DNA from: Acidobacteriota bacterium
Lineage (GTDB): Bacteria; Acidobacteriota; Blastocatellia; RBC074
Length of the DNA stretch: 59,622 bases
Reading direction: 5' to 3'
NCBI GenBank assembly: GCA_031414155.1
Contig: JANNUY010000037.1
Coordinates: 1-59,622 of the forward strand
In this document: positions 57,440 through 59,622 of the stretch, in pieces
Numbering within the stretch: position 1 is the first letter of the stretch
How the letters are laid out: every line of letters begins with the position of its first letter
Position numbers and translations under genes: made by a program
The notes under the pieces: generated by a model
What the model saw: only the letters and a program-made list of their open reading frames with translations
Database searches by the model: none
What the model was told of the DNA's origin: nothing

Positions 57440-59622
57440 ATGAGCGAAGCAATCAATCCCCTTATTTCATTCGACCGCGATGGCGACATCGGCGTCATTA
57501 TCGTGAACAATCCGCCGGTGAACGCGCTTAGCCCCGGTGTGCCTGAGGGCATTCTCGCGGGCATCAAACGCATCGCTGAAGACGACACGATCAAAGGCGG
57601 CATCTTGATTGGCAGCGGCCAAACTTTTATTGCAGGCGCAGACATCAAGGAATTCGGCAAGATTACGTCGGGCAAGCAGGGCGGCATTCGGCTGAATGAA
57701 ATTTTGGGGCCGATTGAAGATTGCCCTAAACCATTGGTCGCGGCGATTCACGGCACGGCTTTTGGCGGCGGACTCGAAACCGCTATGGCGTTGCATTACC
57801 GCGTAGCTATCGCTTCTGCTCAAGTTGGTCAGCCCGAAGTCAAACTCGGCTTGATTCCCGGCGCGGGCGGTACGCAACGTTTGCCGCGTCTCGCGGGTAT
57901 CGCCAAAGCCGTGCAAATGTGTGTGGACGGCAATCCGATCAAAGCTAAAGAAGCCTTAGATTGCGGAATTATTGATCGTATTGTTGAAGGCAATGATACC
58001 AACGATTTGCTAAAAGGGGCGCTAGCGTTTTTGCGCGAAAAGATAGCTGCTGGCGAGCAACCGCCGAAAACAAGGCAGCGAGACAGCAAGCTCCTTGCTG
58101 TGTCTCAGGGAATGTTTCCGGGAGTAGGTAGTAGCTGGGACGAAGCACTTGACAACAGTGCACAACAAGCAACCGCTCAACAAGCAAGCATTTTTGCTGC
58201 TGCCCGTGCCCAAGCAAAAAAACTAATGCGCGGTGAACTCGAATCCATCAAGGCACAACTGGCTGCCATTGAAGCCGTTGAAGCGGCGACGACATTACCT
58301 TTTGCTGAGGGCCTTGAACATGAGGCCAAACTCTTTCAAGAGTGCCTTTTCTCTAAACAATCCAAAGCCGCGATTCACGTTTTCTTCGGCGAACGCGAAG
58401 TTGCCAAAATTCCCGACGTACCCAAAGACACGAAACAAATTGAAATCAAACAGGCCGCAGTTATCGGCGCGGGCACGATGGGCGGCGGCATTGCGATGAA
58501 TTACGCCAACGCGGGCATTCCGGTGATTTTGAAAGAAACGACGCAAGAGGCTTTAGATCGCGGCGTAGCGACGATCACCAAAAACTATGCGAACTCCGTC
58601 AAGAAAGGCCGCTTCTCGCAAGCCGTGATGGATCAACGCCTCGCGCTCATCAAACCGCAACTCACGTGGGATGGATTCGACCAAGCCGACATCATCACCG
58701 AAGCCGTGTTTGAAGGCATGGCGCTCAAGAAAGAAATCTTTGGCGAAATTGATAAGGTGGCGAAGCCAGGCGCGATTCTGGCGTCGAATACTTCTACGTT
58801 AAGCATTGATGAAATCGCGTCGGCGACTTCGCGGCCTGAGTGGGTTATCGGCCATCACTATTTCAGTCCGGCGAACGTGATGCGCTTGCTTGAGATCGTA
58901 CGCGGCAAGGCGACCAGCAAAGAAGTCATTGCGACTTCGATGGCGCTGTCAAAACGGCTCAAGAAAATCGGCGTACTTGTCGGCAACTGTTATGGCTTCG
59001 TAGGCAACCGCATGCTGCATCCTTACGGTTCGCAGGCGCAGTTCCTCGTCGAAGAAGGCGCGGCTCCGCAAGACGTAGACCGCGTGCTTTATCAATTCGG
59101 CTGGGCGATGGGACCGCTCGCCGTCGGCGACCTCGCCGGACTCGATGTCGGTTGGCGCATTCGCAAAGAACATGCTCACCTGCGTGACCCGAACGTCCGT
59201 CATCCATTAGTCGCTGATGAACTTTGCGAGCGCGGACGCTACGGCCAAAAGACGAGCGCGGGCTGGTACAAATACGACGAGAACCGCAAAGCCATTCCCG
59301 ACCCTGAAGTAGATGCGCTGATTCTCGAACTCGCCACCAAAGCGGGCATCGAACGTCGCACGATCACGGAAGAAGAAATCATCGAACGGACGCAATACGC
59401 GCTGATCAACGAAGGCGCAAAAATCCTGCAAGAAGGCATCGCGTTGCGCGCCGTAGACATAGACATCGTTTACCTGAACGGATACGGCTATCCGGCCTGG
59501 CGCGGCGGCCCGATGTGGTATGCCGACACAGTTGGATTGAAAAAAGTCTATGACCGCGTGTGCGAATTCCATCAGCAACACGGCGCAGCGTGGGAACCGG
59601 CGACGTTGTTGAAAGAATTGGC
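57440..59622 (+). CDS. Bifunctional enoyl-CoA hydratase / 3-hydroxyacyl-CoA dehydrogenase (FadB/FadJ-like), 3' end outside window
   Basis: This ORF is not in the supplied track because it runs off the window. ATG 57440 has AGGAG at 57426. MSEAINPLISFDRDGDIGVIIVNNPPVNAL...FIAGADIKEF (crotonase fold), then AAVIGAGTMGGGIAMNYANAGIPV (NAD-binding) in the same frame at about 58454. Confidence 0.9.
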   Translation, partial: MSEAINPLISFDRDGDIGVIIVNNPPVNALSPGVPEGILAGIKRIAEDDTIKGGILIGSGQTFIAGADIKEFGKITSGKQGGIRLNEILGPIEDCPKPLVAAIHGTAFGGGLETAMALHYRVAIASAQVGQPEVKLGLIPGAGGTQRLPRLAGIAKAVQMCVDGNPIKAKEALDCGIIDRIVEGNDTNDLLKGALAFLREKIAAGEQPPKTRQRDSKLLAVSQGMFPGVGSSWDEALDNSAQQATAQQASIFAAARAQAKKLMRGELESIKAQLAAIEAVEAATTLPFAEGLEHEAKLFQECLFSKQSKAAIHVFFGEREVAKIPDVPKDTKQIEIKQAAVIGAGTMGGGIAMNYANAGIPVILKETTQEALDRGVATITKNYANSVKKGRFSQAVMDQRLALIKPQLTWDGFDQADIITEAVFEGMALKKEIFGEIDKVAKPGAILASNTSTLSIDEIASATSRPEWVIGHHYFSPANVMRLLEIVRGKATSKEVIATSMALSKRLKKIGVLVGNCYGFVGNRMLHPYGSQAQFLVEEGAAPQDVDRVLYQFGWAMGPLAVGDLAGLDVGWRIRKEHAHLRDPNVRHPLVADELCERGRYGQKTSAGWYKYDENRKAIPDPEVDALILELATKAGIERRTITEEEIIERTQYALINEGAKILQEGIALRAVDIDIVYLNGYGYPAWRGGPMWYADTVGLKKVYDRVCEFHQQHGAAWEPATLLKEL

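Noticed and set aside
1-59622. I looked for CRISPR arrays, tRNA, rRNA, tmRNA, transposases, integrases, phage genes and reverse transcriptases.
   Set aside because: I found no direct-repeat/spacer periodicity, no GGTTCGAATCC-type T-arm, and no recognisable IS or phage protein motifs in any listed ORF.

Overview
This 59.6-kb window looks chromosomal. It has no rRNA, tRNA, CRISPR array, transposase or integrase that I can recognise. The gene content (SBBP/FG-GAP and IPT/TIG giant surface proteins, DUF1080, a multidomain Ser/Thr kinase) fits an Acidobacteriota-like soil bacterium, but that is inference only.

Layout:
- 1-599: 3' end of a photolyase/cryptochrome gene.
- 606-3617 (-): a secreted SBBP beta-propeller / FG-GAP protein.
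- 3805-32605 (-): a roughly 29-kb unidirectional, tightly packed Wzy-type polysaccharide locus. It encodes Wza, a Wzc tyrosine autokinase, two AsnB-like amidotransferases, 7 GT2-like and 4 GT4-like transferases, a Wzy/O-antigen-ligase-like polymerase, a DUF2029/GT87-like protein and an orphan 12-TM-type membrane protein. It ends with a heparinase II/III-like / ADH-Gfo bi-domain oxidoreductase / WcaI-like GT4 cassette and a WecA-type initiating transferase.
- 32876-33910 (-): an orphan BMP lipoprotein.
- 33950-34731: a 780-nt non-coding stretch with a terminator-defined orphan transcription unit and a hairpin-rich leader.
- 34732-38272: an MFS transporter, a small hypothetical protein and two GT2s.
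- 38732-44998 (+): a 2,088-aa cohesin/dockerin-like + 15x IPT/TIG surface protein.
- 45158-48733 (-): HU/IHF, a Uma2 nuclease, DUF1080 and a SorA-like molybdoenzyme with a diheme cytochrome c.
- 48961-51657 (-): a four-domain wHTH / Ser-Thr kinase / alpha-beta hydrolase / degenerate class III cyclase protein.
- 51986-54253 (+): a beta-propeller fused to a diheme cytochrome c peroxidase-like domain.
- 54418-59622: a VapC/antitoxin pair, a TPR-like protein, a PhyH dioxygenase coupled to a GNAT, and the 5' part of a FadB-like enzyme.

The most unusual items are the giant IPT/TIG scaffold with its flanking polyprenol-type GT2s, the pseudo-cyclase signalling fusion, the propeller-peroxidase fusion, the GT-C-like orphans inside an AT-rich core of the polysaccharide locus, and the orphan small transcription unit at about 34.1-34.4 kb.

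All functional calls come from motif recognition by eye. No database search was run.
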